A stretch of DNA of 64,000 nt from Candidatus Aenigmatarchaeota archaeon. Lineage in GTDB: Archaea > Aenigmatarchaeota > Aenigmatarchaeia > GW2011-AR5. Positions within the stretch are counted from its first letter, which is position 1; the number at the start of each line of letters is the position of its first letter. Below, one piece after another: positions 56,956 through 64,000 of this stretch. Both the position numbers and the translations under genes were made by a program. The notes below the pieces were generated by a model. That model searched no databases. It was not told where the DNA came from and saw only the letters and a list, made by a program, of their open reading frames with translations. Where the stretch lies: positions 96,361 to 160,360 of the forward strand of contig JAZDNV010000001.1 in the NCBI GenBank assembly GCA_043799385.1, in the 5' to 3' direction.

Positions 56956-58132
56956 TTTCAGTAATAACCCTCAGCAGTTTTGATAGCAATATTGCTGAAC
57001 CAATCGCCATTGGCGCTGAGAACAGAATCGAAAATCTTACCGCGATTATGGTCGCCAGCAACGGGCCTATGAACCATATCGAAAGTAGAATAATCGTGTC
57101 CAAGTGCTGTTTTTTCCTGTAGTAAGAGTAGAACAAATATATCAGACAATAGAGCATGAGGAAGAATGGTGATATAATAATCGCTATCCCGCCGATGGCG
57201 CTCGTTCTTTGTATTATATTTCTTATGTCGCCGGATTCCTGCATCTCTGCGACCGAAACGTAAACGTTAGGGAATTCGCCGGCTTCGCTTTTGATGTCAC
57301 CGAACGTGAACGGTCCCTGCACGGTTGAAACGATGTGACTCACCCCCAATATAGGTACGGTCATGCAGAAATACGTGATAGCCATTATGACGAACATCAA
57401 TAAAATACATTTTGAATTGTGAATGAATTCTTTCCTTGACTGCAAATAATTCGTTATTAACTTCAGAACTAAGAAGCCTGTTATCAGCCATACTACGTAC
57501 CACCAACCTGCCCATGAATATGCCCAGATCCCCAGGAATATTCCGGTAAGAACAGAATACATAACTGCTTTTTTATCAAGAACTTTTTTCAGGTCTATGT
57601 ATTTGTATGTAATCAGGAATAACGCGATTACGATTAATGGCAGTAAAAGTGTGAAAGCATCCGAGTCTGGATCGCCGCCCAGCGTTCGGCTCATTACGGC
57701 AACGTCAAAGACGATGAAGAAAGCGGCTATGATGCCTGCTCGCTTGTCGTAGAGAATCTTTCCGATAAAATACATTGGTATTGCCATCAGCGAAGCCAGC
57801 AATGCCGGAAGATATATCAGGTACTGCCACAGCTCAAGGTTAGGCATGAAAGATTTGAACAACATGTAGCCCCATGCGCCAAGGTATTGGTAGAAGAACG
57901 GATAATTGGTTGGAACTGGATGGCCGTATGGTGCCTGGTCAAGATAGTCGTAATTTGGCATCAAGCCGTTGTTGTCGATTATCATGTTCATCTGCTTCAT
58001 AAACGCGTATGAATCTATGTTGCGCAGGTACGGCCATCGGTAATCTATCGTCCTCACGTACATGCCCAGGAATATTATGAGCACTACAATGATTATTGCC
58101 CAATACCTTACCAAGAAATTTTTCAAATCCAC
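56936..58132 (-). CDS. aglB: AglB/STT3 oligosaccharyltransferase N-terminal transmembrane portion
   Basis: 398 aa, about 10 TM helices; first external loop YVRTIDYRWPYLRNIDSYAFMKQ resembles the STT3 EL1 acidic DxD/DSYYH region; ends in a different frame 20 nt inside the start of 55834..56955. Confidence 0.5.
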   Translation of the reverse strand: MDLKNFLVRYWAIIIVVLIIFLGMYVRTIDYRWPYLRNIDSYAFMKQMNMIIDNNGLMPNYDYLDQAPYGHPVPTNYPFFYQYLGAWGYMLFKSFMPNLELWQYLIYLPALLASLMAIPMYFIGKILYDKRAGIIAAFFIVFDVAVMSRTLGGDPDSDAFTLLLPLIVIALFLITYKYIDLKKVLDKKAVMYSVLTGIFLGIWAYSWAGWWYVVWLITGFLVLKLITNYLQSRKEFIHNSKCILLMFVIMAITYFCMTVPILGVSHIVSTVQGPFTFGDIKSEAGEFPNVYVSVAEMQESGDIRNIIQRTSAIGGIAIIISPFFLMLYCLIYLFYSYYRKKQHLDTIILLSIWFIGPLLATIIAVRFSILFSAPMAIGSAILLSKLLRVITENEKLED

Positions 58133-58136
58133 AGCA

Positions 58137-59288
58137 TCACTTCGGATTCAGATTGAATGTATTTATGTAAAGGTCTTCATTGCCATGCCTTACTGTAAAT
58201 AGAATGAACAAAACTATAAAAACTGTATAAATCAGATTTATGTGCATTTTGTACTTACCTTCACTAAGCTTTGCTACCATCATGAATGCAGGAAACAGGA
58301 CTAAAACGAATCTTGGTATGCCGAACAGCAGAGACGTAGATATGGGAAGAATAAGACTCAGCACAGAATAAATACCGTACTCTTTTTTGATGTGCCTTAA
58401 TGACAGCAAGGACAGTGCGATGAATGCTGCAGCTACGGCTATGTCAAAAAAGTAATAGATTGTCCCGCCAAAAGTCTTTGATGTTATTCCCATGTAGAAC
58501 GTGTTTATGAATGCTACCCATGGCAATGCAAGCTCCCGTGCAAACCCCTGCTGGGCCTTGAACATCATGAACGCATCGCCTATGGAAAAATAATGGTATG
58601 CCATTATCGTAAGTATGCCTAAAGGTATCAGTAATATGAAAAGAACGTTCGGACTTATCCTGAATTTCTTCTCGCGAAGGTAGATGTACAATATCGGTAA
58701 AAGCAGGATTACGCCTTGCGATCTCGTCAGTGATGCAAAAAACCCGGCGATTCCCGAATGCATGTATTTCCCCTCTTGTGCAAACCAGAAGCAGGCCAAT
58801 GACAAGAACAGAAACAACGACTCTGTGTACGCTGCCGTGAAGAAATAGGCAGTCGGGAATAGCAAAAGATAGAAAACGGTCTTATACGCCATTTTACCAT
58901 TCATCTCCTTCTTGACTAGCAGATAAAGCATTGTCACCGCAAGGAATGAGAATATGTTTGATATGAGAAAGGCGGCAATATCATAACCAAGAAAACCGAT
59001 TGCCTTTATCATCAGCGGATAGAGAGGATACCAAGCGTAGTTGCCCATACCTTCATTGAAGTTGGGATTATAGCCGTTTTTTGCTATATCCAGGTACGCT
59101 CCTGCGTCTGACTGCATCCACGGATTAAGGAACAGACTATCACTGCGGATCTGACGGTGCGTGAGTTCGATTGGTATAAGCTGGCTGAAAATACCGACAA
59201 CAAGCAAAACAATCTTGATGAGCAGAAAGATTGCCACCACTCTTTTATAGAACCCATCTTTCCACAATGTTCTGAATTTATTCATCAT
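58137..59288 (-). CDS. PIG-V/Gpi18-like (GT76-like, DUF2029-type) membrane mannosyltransferase
   Basis: Polytopic 383 aa; motif MQSDAGAYLDIAKNGY resembles the conserved WDAEHYLxIAxxGY loop of GPI mannosyltransferase 2-type GT-C enzymes. Confidence 0.45.
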   Translation of the reverse strand: MMNKFRTLWKDGFYKRVVAIFLLIKIVLLVVGIFSQLIPIELTHRQIRSDSLFLNPWMQSDAGAYLDIAKNGYNPNFNEGMGNYAWYPLYPLMIKAIGFLGYDIAAFLISNIFSFLAVTMLYLLVKKEMNGKMAYKTVFYLLLFPTAYFFTAAYTESLFLFLSLACFWFAQEGKYMHSGIAGFFASLTRSQGVILLLPILYIYLREKKFRISPNVLFILLIPLGILTIMAYHYFSIGDAFMMFKAQQGFARELALPWVAFINTFYMGITSKTFGGTIYYFFDIAVAAAFIALSLLSLRHIKKEYGIYSVLSLILPISTSLLFGIPRFVLVLFPAFMMVAKLSEGKYKMHINLIYTVFIVLFILFTVRHGNEDLYINTFNLNPK

Positions 59289-59341
59289 AACTAAATCTAT
59301 TTTTTTGTTAAGCTTTTATTCATTGTGTTTAAAATGATTCT

Positions 59342-59995
59342 ATGAAGTACAGGGAGCAATGGGATGACCATTGGAAAAAGCTTGACAAGTCATTCTTTGG
59401 AAGACTAACGGAATTCCATAGAAAGATTATAATATCCAAGGCAGTCAGCTACTACATGGACAGGTATTTTCCAGACAAAGGCACATTCGTTGAGTGCGGT
59501 TCTGGAACTTCGCAGACATCCATAAAAATAAACAAAAGAAAAAGAAGACTAATTGCATTGGACATATCGTCTCAGGCGCTCAACGAAGCCAGAAACGTCA
59601 AAAAGATAGACCACTTCATCAAGGCTGATATATTTCGCCTGCCGTTCAAAGACGATTGCATAGACGGCATATGGAACCTTGGCGTTATGGAACACTTTAG
59701 CAAATCTGAAATAAGCCATGTACTCAGCGAGTTCTACCGAGTAATGAAAGACGGTTCGCATATAATCCTTTTCTGGCCGCCCATGCACGGCTCGTCGCAG
59801 ATAGCGCTGAGGCCGGTTGAAAAATTCTTCAACATGCTCAAAAAGGAAAAGTTTCAGTTCTTTCCAGGCGAGATAAGCAAACCGAAATCAAGGAGCCATG
59901 CAAAGAGCTTGTTGGGTTCAAAGTTCAAGGTGGTTGACATACACTTTGACCGCAGAGACATGTTCACTCATTATGTTGTTGTTTGCAGAAAATAG
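59342..59995 (+). CDS. class I SAM-dependent methyltransferase
   Basis: FVECGSGTSQTS motif I, LGVMEHF motif; 217 aa. Confidence 0.6.
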   Translation: MKYREQWDDHWKKLDKSFFGRLTEFHRKIIISKAVSYYMDRYFPDKGTFVECGSGTSQTSIKINKRKRRLIALDISSQALNEARNVKKIDHFIKADIFRLPFKDDCIDGIWNLGVMEHFSKSEISHVLSEFYRVMKDGSHIILFWPPMHGSSQIALRPVEKFFNMLKKEKFQFFPGEISKPKSRSHAKSLLGSKFKVVDIHFDRRDMFTHYVVVCRK

Positions 59996-60691
59996 CTAGA
60001 ATTTCTTTCTTATGCTGTGAACGTACAGGTTCATGACATGCCTTATATATCTTGAAATTTCTTTTGGTGTCATTATCTTGCTTTTGCCTGCTTTTCTGTT
60101 TATGAAGATGAAAGGGACTTCTATGAAATTTTTGTACTTGCCCTTGACCATTATTTCCAGGCATATCTTGCAACTATCAGGATTGATGCTCACGCCATCT
60201 ATAACGCTTTTTTTAACAAGGAAGAAACCTGACATCGGATCTTTTATTTTTGCTATAGGCTTTACCAGAAGTATCGCTGATTTTGATATCAATCTCCTGA
60301 GCTTTGTCCACTTCTCATCCGCTCCTCCGCCTGGTATATACCTGCTGGCTACAACAACATCATAATCCTTTATCTTTTCAATCATTCTTCTCAACGTTTC
60401 CGGTGGGTGGCTCAGGTCCGCGTCCATCACGCCGACTATATCGGTTTCTGCTGCCTTGAAGCCATCGAGAATCGCCGAGCCAAGACCGGATTTGTTCTTG
60501 CGGTGAAGCACGTTTACACGTCTGCATGTCTTCTTTAATTTTTCTGCAATTTCACCAGTTCCGTCCGGAGAATTGTCATCTACTACCAATATTCTGATGG
60601 CTTTTATCTTCAGCAAATCTTTGACAAGTATTGGAAGGTTCTTGCTCTCATTGTACGTTGGCACGATTATCGTTATCATTTCAATCAACAA
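59996..60691 (-). CDS. GT2 glycosyltransferase, dolichyl-phosphate hexose synthase-like
   Basis: [33 protein letters not shown] (DxD/SH motif) typical of DPM1/AglD-like synthases; 231 aa. Confidence 0.75.
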   Translation of the reverse strand: MLIEMITIIVPTYNESKNLPILVKDLLKIKAIRILVVDDNSPDGTGEIAEKLKKTCRRVNVLHRKNKSGLGSAILDGFKAAETDIVGVMDADLSHPPETLRRMIEKIKDYDVVVASRYIPGGGADEKWTKLRRLISKSAILLVKPIAKIKDPMSGFFLVKKSVIDGVSINPDSCKICLEIMVKGKYKNFIEVPFIFINRKAGKSKIMTPKEISRYIRHVMNLYVHSIRKKF

Positions 60692-61376
60692 ACCTGTATT
60701 TTATTATTGCATACAACGCCTTCACGCCGTCCTTCCAGTTTATCTTTTTTCCCTCGCTGAAATTTCTAGGATTAAAGGATATCGGAACCTCGTATATCCT
60801 GTACCCGCGTTTAAGAATCTTTGCTGTAATCTCAGGCTCTATTTCAAATCTGTTGGATTTGAGCGTTATATTCTTTACAACGTCTTTTTTGAAGACCTTG
60901 TAGCACGTCTCCATGTCTGTTATGTTTTTTCCGTACACAAGATTCATCGCCAAGTTCAAAAGCTTATTTCCCATGTAGTGCGAAGGGATACTTGTTTTAC
61001 CCTTTCCAAAGAGTTTCAGCTTCTTGCCAACCAGCCTTGAGCCATAGACCACGTCTTTGCCGTTCATTATAGGATCGAGCAATTTCTTGTAGTCTTGCGG
61101 GTCGTATTCAAGGTCGGCATCCTGTATCAATATTACATCGCCCGTGGCTTTTGCCAGGCCCGTGCGCACGGCACGGCCCTTGCCCATGTTTTTTTCATGG
61201 TAGAACACCTTACACCCTTTCAGCTTTTTCAGGACGTTCCTAGTTCCGTCCGTGGAGAAATCATCGACGATTATAATCTCTTTACCAATCTTCAGCTCGA
61301 CCCTTTTTATCCTATCCACTATTTCCGCTATGGTTCTGTATTCGTTGTAGACCGGTATGATAATTGATAATTTCAT
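60681..61376 (-). CDS. GT2 glycosyltransferase, dolichyl-phosphate hexose synthase-like (paralog)
   Basis: [36 protein letters not shown]; 231 aa. Confidence 0.75.
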   Translation of the reverse strand: MKLSIIIPVYNEYRTIAEIVDRIKRVELKIGKEIIIVDDFSTDGTRNVLKKLKGCKVFYHEKNMGKGRAVRTGLAKATGDVILIQDADLEYDPQDYKKLLDPIMNGKDVVYGSRLVGKKLKLFGKGKTSIPSHYMGNKLLNLAMNLVYGKNITDMETCYKVFKKDVVKNITLKSNRFEIEPEITAKILKRGYRIYEVPISFNPRNFSEGKKINWKDGVKALYAIIKYRFVD

Positions 61377-61379
61377 AAC

Positions 61380-62762
61380 TTATGCCAACCATCTGTATAT
61401 CCTTAAGAGCACGAATTTTAAATTCTCAAGGTTCTTTATCTCGGAGAGCATTTTCAGCATTATGTGCGGCCGCAGATAGAAGCGCAGGAACGCCTTTCTC
61501 CTCAGGTTCTTTAATTGCCTTTCACTTATTCCGTCAGGCGTCCACACTATCTTGTCAAGCGAGAATTTATCCCAGTCAAGTTTTTTTATCTTGCCCTGCC
61601 TGACAAGGTCGTTGTACGCTTCTGTCCCTGGGAACGGCTTATACGCAGAAAAGCCCGCTCTTTTTAGCGGAAGTTTGCAGGCAAAATCTATTGTTGCATT
61701 GATGTCAGCGATTGTCTCTCCGGGGTAGCCGAGAATGAAGAATCCAATTATCTCCAATCCTTGGTCGTGAATCATGTTGGCCTTTTTTTCTATGGTTTCG
61801 GACATAAGATTTTTTTTCATAAGTTTCCTTATCCTGTCGACTCCGGACTCGACGCCAACTGAAATGGAATAAAGGCCTGATTTCTTCATCAGTTTCAGCA
61901 GTTTCGGGTCCAGCGTGTCTATTCTCACCCCGTTCGGGCAGGCCCAGCTTACGCCAAGATTTTTCTTGATTAACTTTTTGCAGAACTCTTCGACGAATCT
62001 TCTGTTCATGGTGAAATTGTCGTCTTCTATATGAATCTCGCGAATGCCGTAATTCTTGACAAGGAACTCTATCTGGCTTATCGCGTAATCGACGCTGTGG
62101 CTGCGTATCTTCCTGCCGCTTATCACAGAGCCGCCGCAGTAGGTGCACTGAAACGGACAGCCGCGCGTTATGATTAGCGGCGCGGTAGGGTATTGCTTGC
62201 AGAACGCGCCGTGCGGAGCGAGCGGGTAGCTCTTGAGGTCATATAAATCCCAACTAGGATCGAAGTCGTCGAGATTTTCTGGAAAGACCCTATCTGTCTT
62301 ATGTATCTTATTTCCAGCGCGATATGCAATTCCAGGCACGCTCTTTATACGCTTCTCCATCGAATTTGCAATCATGCTGACGAATTTAGGAAAACTAATT
62401 TCAGCTTCTCCGATAAAAACATAATCAACATCTTTCAAGTAGTTCAGCGTTCCAGTTGGATCCAACGTTGCCTGAGGACCGCCAACGACAACGATTGCAT
62501 TCGGCATCAATTCTTTTACGATTCTGGAGAATTCTTTTACAGTGTTCAGGTCAACTGTGTAACACTGCAGACCGATTATATCGAATCTCTTGCCAACAAG
62601 ATAATCCTTGAACTTATCCGCCTTCCATCCATTCTTTATGCAGTCCAGTATTGTAACGTTATGCTCCCTCACCGTGCTTGAGATATAACCAAGGCCCAGT
62701 GGTGGCTGGACCTCATTCGTTATCTGGAAAGGCTTTACAAGCAGTATGTTTAGCTTTTTCAT
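61380..62762 (-). CDS. cobalamin-binding radical SAM enzyme - paralog D
   Basis: B12-binding domain (IIGLQCYT...VVVGGPQATL), radical SAM CPFQCTYCGG; 460 aa. Confidence 0.75.
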   Translation of the reverse strand: MKKLNILLVKPFQITNEVQPPLGLGYISSTVREHNVTILDCIKNGWKADKFKDYLVGKRFDIIGLQCYTVDLNTVKEFSRIVKELMPNAIVVVGGPQATLDPTGTLNYLKDVDYVFIGEAEISFPKFVSMIANSMEKRIKSVPGIAYRAGNKIHKTDRVFPENLDDFDPSWDLYDLKSYPLAPHGAFCKQYPTAPLIITRGCPFQCTYCGGSVISGRKIRSHSVDYAISQIEFLVKNYGIREIHIEDDNFTMNRRFVEEFCKKLIKKNLGVSWACPNGVRIDTLDPKLLKLMKKSGLYSISVGVESGVDRIRKLMKKNLMSETIEKKANMIHDQGLEIIGFFILGYPGETIADINATIDFACKLPLKRAGFSAYKPFPGTEAYNDLVRQGKIKKLDWDKFSLDKIVWTPDGISERQLKNLRRKAFLRFYLRPHIMLKMLSEIKNLENLKFVLLRIYRWLA

Positions 62763-62815
62763 ATTTTTAAAATATGAACGAATTATTTATATAAATAGCA
62801 TCGATTATTGATATT

Positions 62816-63763
62816 ATGCTGAAAAGATACAGGTTTCTGTTGCTGGGTATAAGCATTGCAATCCTTGCAGCGATAGTATGGTATTCGAACCCCGCTGCTT
62901 TGGTATCGCTGCTCTACACGGCTGATATGAAATGGATAGTAATTGCTTTTATCATCTCGAACATATCGATATGCCTGAGGGTATTGAAATGGAAGGTCTT
63001 ACTGAAAAATGTCGGCTTCCGTGAACTTTACCCCGTTCAGATTCTAGGCATGACCATAAGCAACTTCACGCCCGGTAAGCTCGGCGAGCCGATAAAAGCC
63101 ATTATACTAAAGATGCGAAAAGGCTTGGCAGTATCCGAGACGTTGCCATCGATCATGTGGGAGAGGATAATGGATATAGCAATACTTATAATTTTTTCAA
63201 TAGTAGCGTTACAGTTTATCAGTCTTGATTCAAGGTTCTTTCTGATAAGCTTAATAAGCGTTGGAATTTTTTCATCTGTAATATTAACGCTTTCAATAAT
63301 TATATACAGCAGAAAAATTGGCGTCAGGTTTTTCGCATTTTTCAAGAAATTTCCATTTTTGAATAAAGTATCTGATAATTTCATAGAAACTTTCTATAGT
63401 AGCAAGATAAAAAAAAGAGGAATATTCAAGTGCCTGATTCTGACGATATTTCCATGGCTTTTTGAGGGCGTTATACTCTATCTTTCTTTTCTTGCTTTTG
63501 GCATAACAACTAATCCGCTGGTGCTGGCCGGCATAGTTGCCCTGTCGGTATTGATAGGCGTAGCGAGCTTCCTGCCCGGCGGAATGGGCTCTGCCGACGT
63601 GGCGATGATATTTATTCTCGGCATGACCGGACTAGGAAATACCGTTACAGTTGCCGCCGTGCTGCTTTATCGATTTCTCTCGCTTTGGTACGGAATCTTA
63701 ATAGGCGGTCTATCGTTCGTCTATCTCAGCAGAAAGATGGACTTGAAAAAAATTCTAGATTAG
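62816..63763 (+). CDS. UPF0104/lysylphosphatidylglycerol-synthase-TM-like 'flippase-like' membrane protein
   Basis: 315 aa, 8 TM; N-terminal conserved region NISICLRVLKWKVLLK...FTPGKLGEPIKA typical of the TIGR00374 flippase-like family often paired with DPM-synthase-type GT2s. Confidence 0.55.
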   Translation: MLKRYRFLLLGISIAILAAIVWYSNPAALVSLLYTADMKWIVIAFIISNISICLRVLKWKVLLKNVGFRELYPVQILGMTISNFTPGKLGEPIKAIILKMRKGLAVSETLPSIMWERIMDIAILIIFSIVALQFISLDSRFFLISLISVGIFSSVILTLSIIIYSRKIGVRFFAFFKKFPFLNKVSDNFIETFYSSKIKKRGIFKCLILTIFPWLFEGVILYLSFLAFGITTNPLVLAGIVALSVLIGVASFLPGGMGSADVAMIFILGMTGLGNTVTVAAVLLYRFLSLWYGILIGGLSFVYLSRKMDLKKILD

Positions 63764-63984
63764 AAAGCCAGCGGGAATTTTGTTATTGCAAACTTCAGTA
63801 ATTTAAGCCGCGGCAGTTTTGTCCAGATTTTTGTGAATTTATCATAATCGAACTCTTCTATTCTTTCTATATGCGGGCCAAAATCCCTGAATATACTGTC
63901 AACGTCCTTGTTGGTGAGATTTCTGTATATCTTCCTCAAAAATAACTGCAAACGTATTTCGTGGCCGAAGTCTTTCTTCCACAT
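63760..63984 (-). CDS. hypothetical protein, probably C-terminal fragment of a gene that continues beyond the window
   Basis: ORF runs to within 16 nt of window end; no motif recognised. Confidence 0.25.
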   Translation of the reverse strand: MWKKDFGHEIRLQLFLRKIYRNLTNKDVDSIFRDFGPHIERIEEFDYDKFTKIWTKLPRLKLLKFAITKFPLAF

Positions 63985-64000
63985 GCCCTCATACTGCTTC

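Noticed and set aside
1-64000. Search for tRNA/rRNA genes and CRISPR arrays
   Set aside because: No T-loop (GTTCRANYC) or cloverleaf candidates found in intergenic regions. No regularly spaced direct repeats. The only strongly structured intergenic element (7472-7562) has stem lengths incompatible with a tRNA.

Overview
The window is an AT-rich (roughly 40% GC) stretch of an archaeal chromosome, judged from gene content: RadB, an aCPSF-like beta-CASP nuclease, RtcA, archaeal-type TyrRS, a split transketolase and AglB/STT3-like pieces. Lineage cannot be fixed from sequence alone; a wall-less, glycoprotein-rich Thermoplasmata-like or other euryarchaeal/DPANN host is plausible. Positions 1-19 kb hold mostly housekeeping genes: a 2-hydroxyacid dehydrogenase, radB, pyrB, DJ-1/PfpI, topoisomerase I, serS, tyrS, a beta-CASP RNase, rtcA, Hsp20 and MBL hydrolases. 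This part also carries a striking secreted cysteine-rich modular repeat protein and a 91-nt nested inverted-repeat element. From about 19 kb to the end (about 45 kb) the window is a very large, tightly packed glycan biosynthesis island, built from three parts. (i) Two tandem sugar nucleotidyltransferases, each with an N-terminal ribbon-helix-helix-like domain. (ii) A plus-strand operon joining a complete GDP-D-glycero-D-manno-heptose pathway (HddA, GmhA, GmhB, HddC) to the non-oxidative pentose phosphate enzymes that make sedoheptulose-7-P (RpiB, Rpe, split transketolase, transaldolase). In this operon HddC is fused in-frame to the transketolase N-terminal half. (iii) An approximately 19 kb minus-strand super-operon plus flanking genes. 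These encode GT2, GT4 and GT-C glycosyltransferases, a PIG-V-like mannosyltransferase and an apparently split AglB/STT3 oligosaccharyltransferase. They also encode a Wzx flippase and a UPF0104 flippase-like protein, four class I SAM methyltransferases, and a PseB/DegT/hexapeptide-acetyltransferase/CMP-sugar-synthetase module. Most unusually, four paralogous cobalamin-binding radical SAM enzymes are each paired with a glycosyltransferase. The repeated 'B12-rSAM + GT (+ SAM-MT)' cassettes are the best candidate here for a previously undescribed radical sugar or glycolipid tailoring system. No tRNA, rRNA, CRISPR array or obvious transposase was seen.
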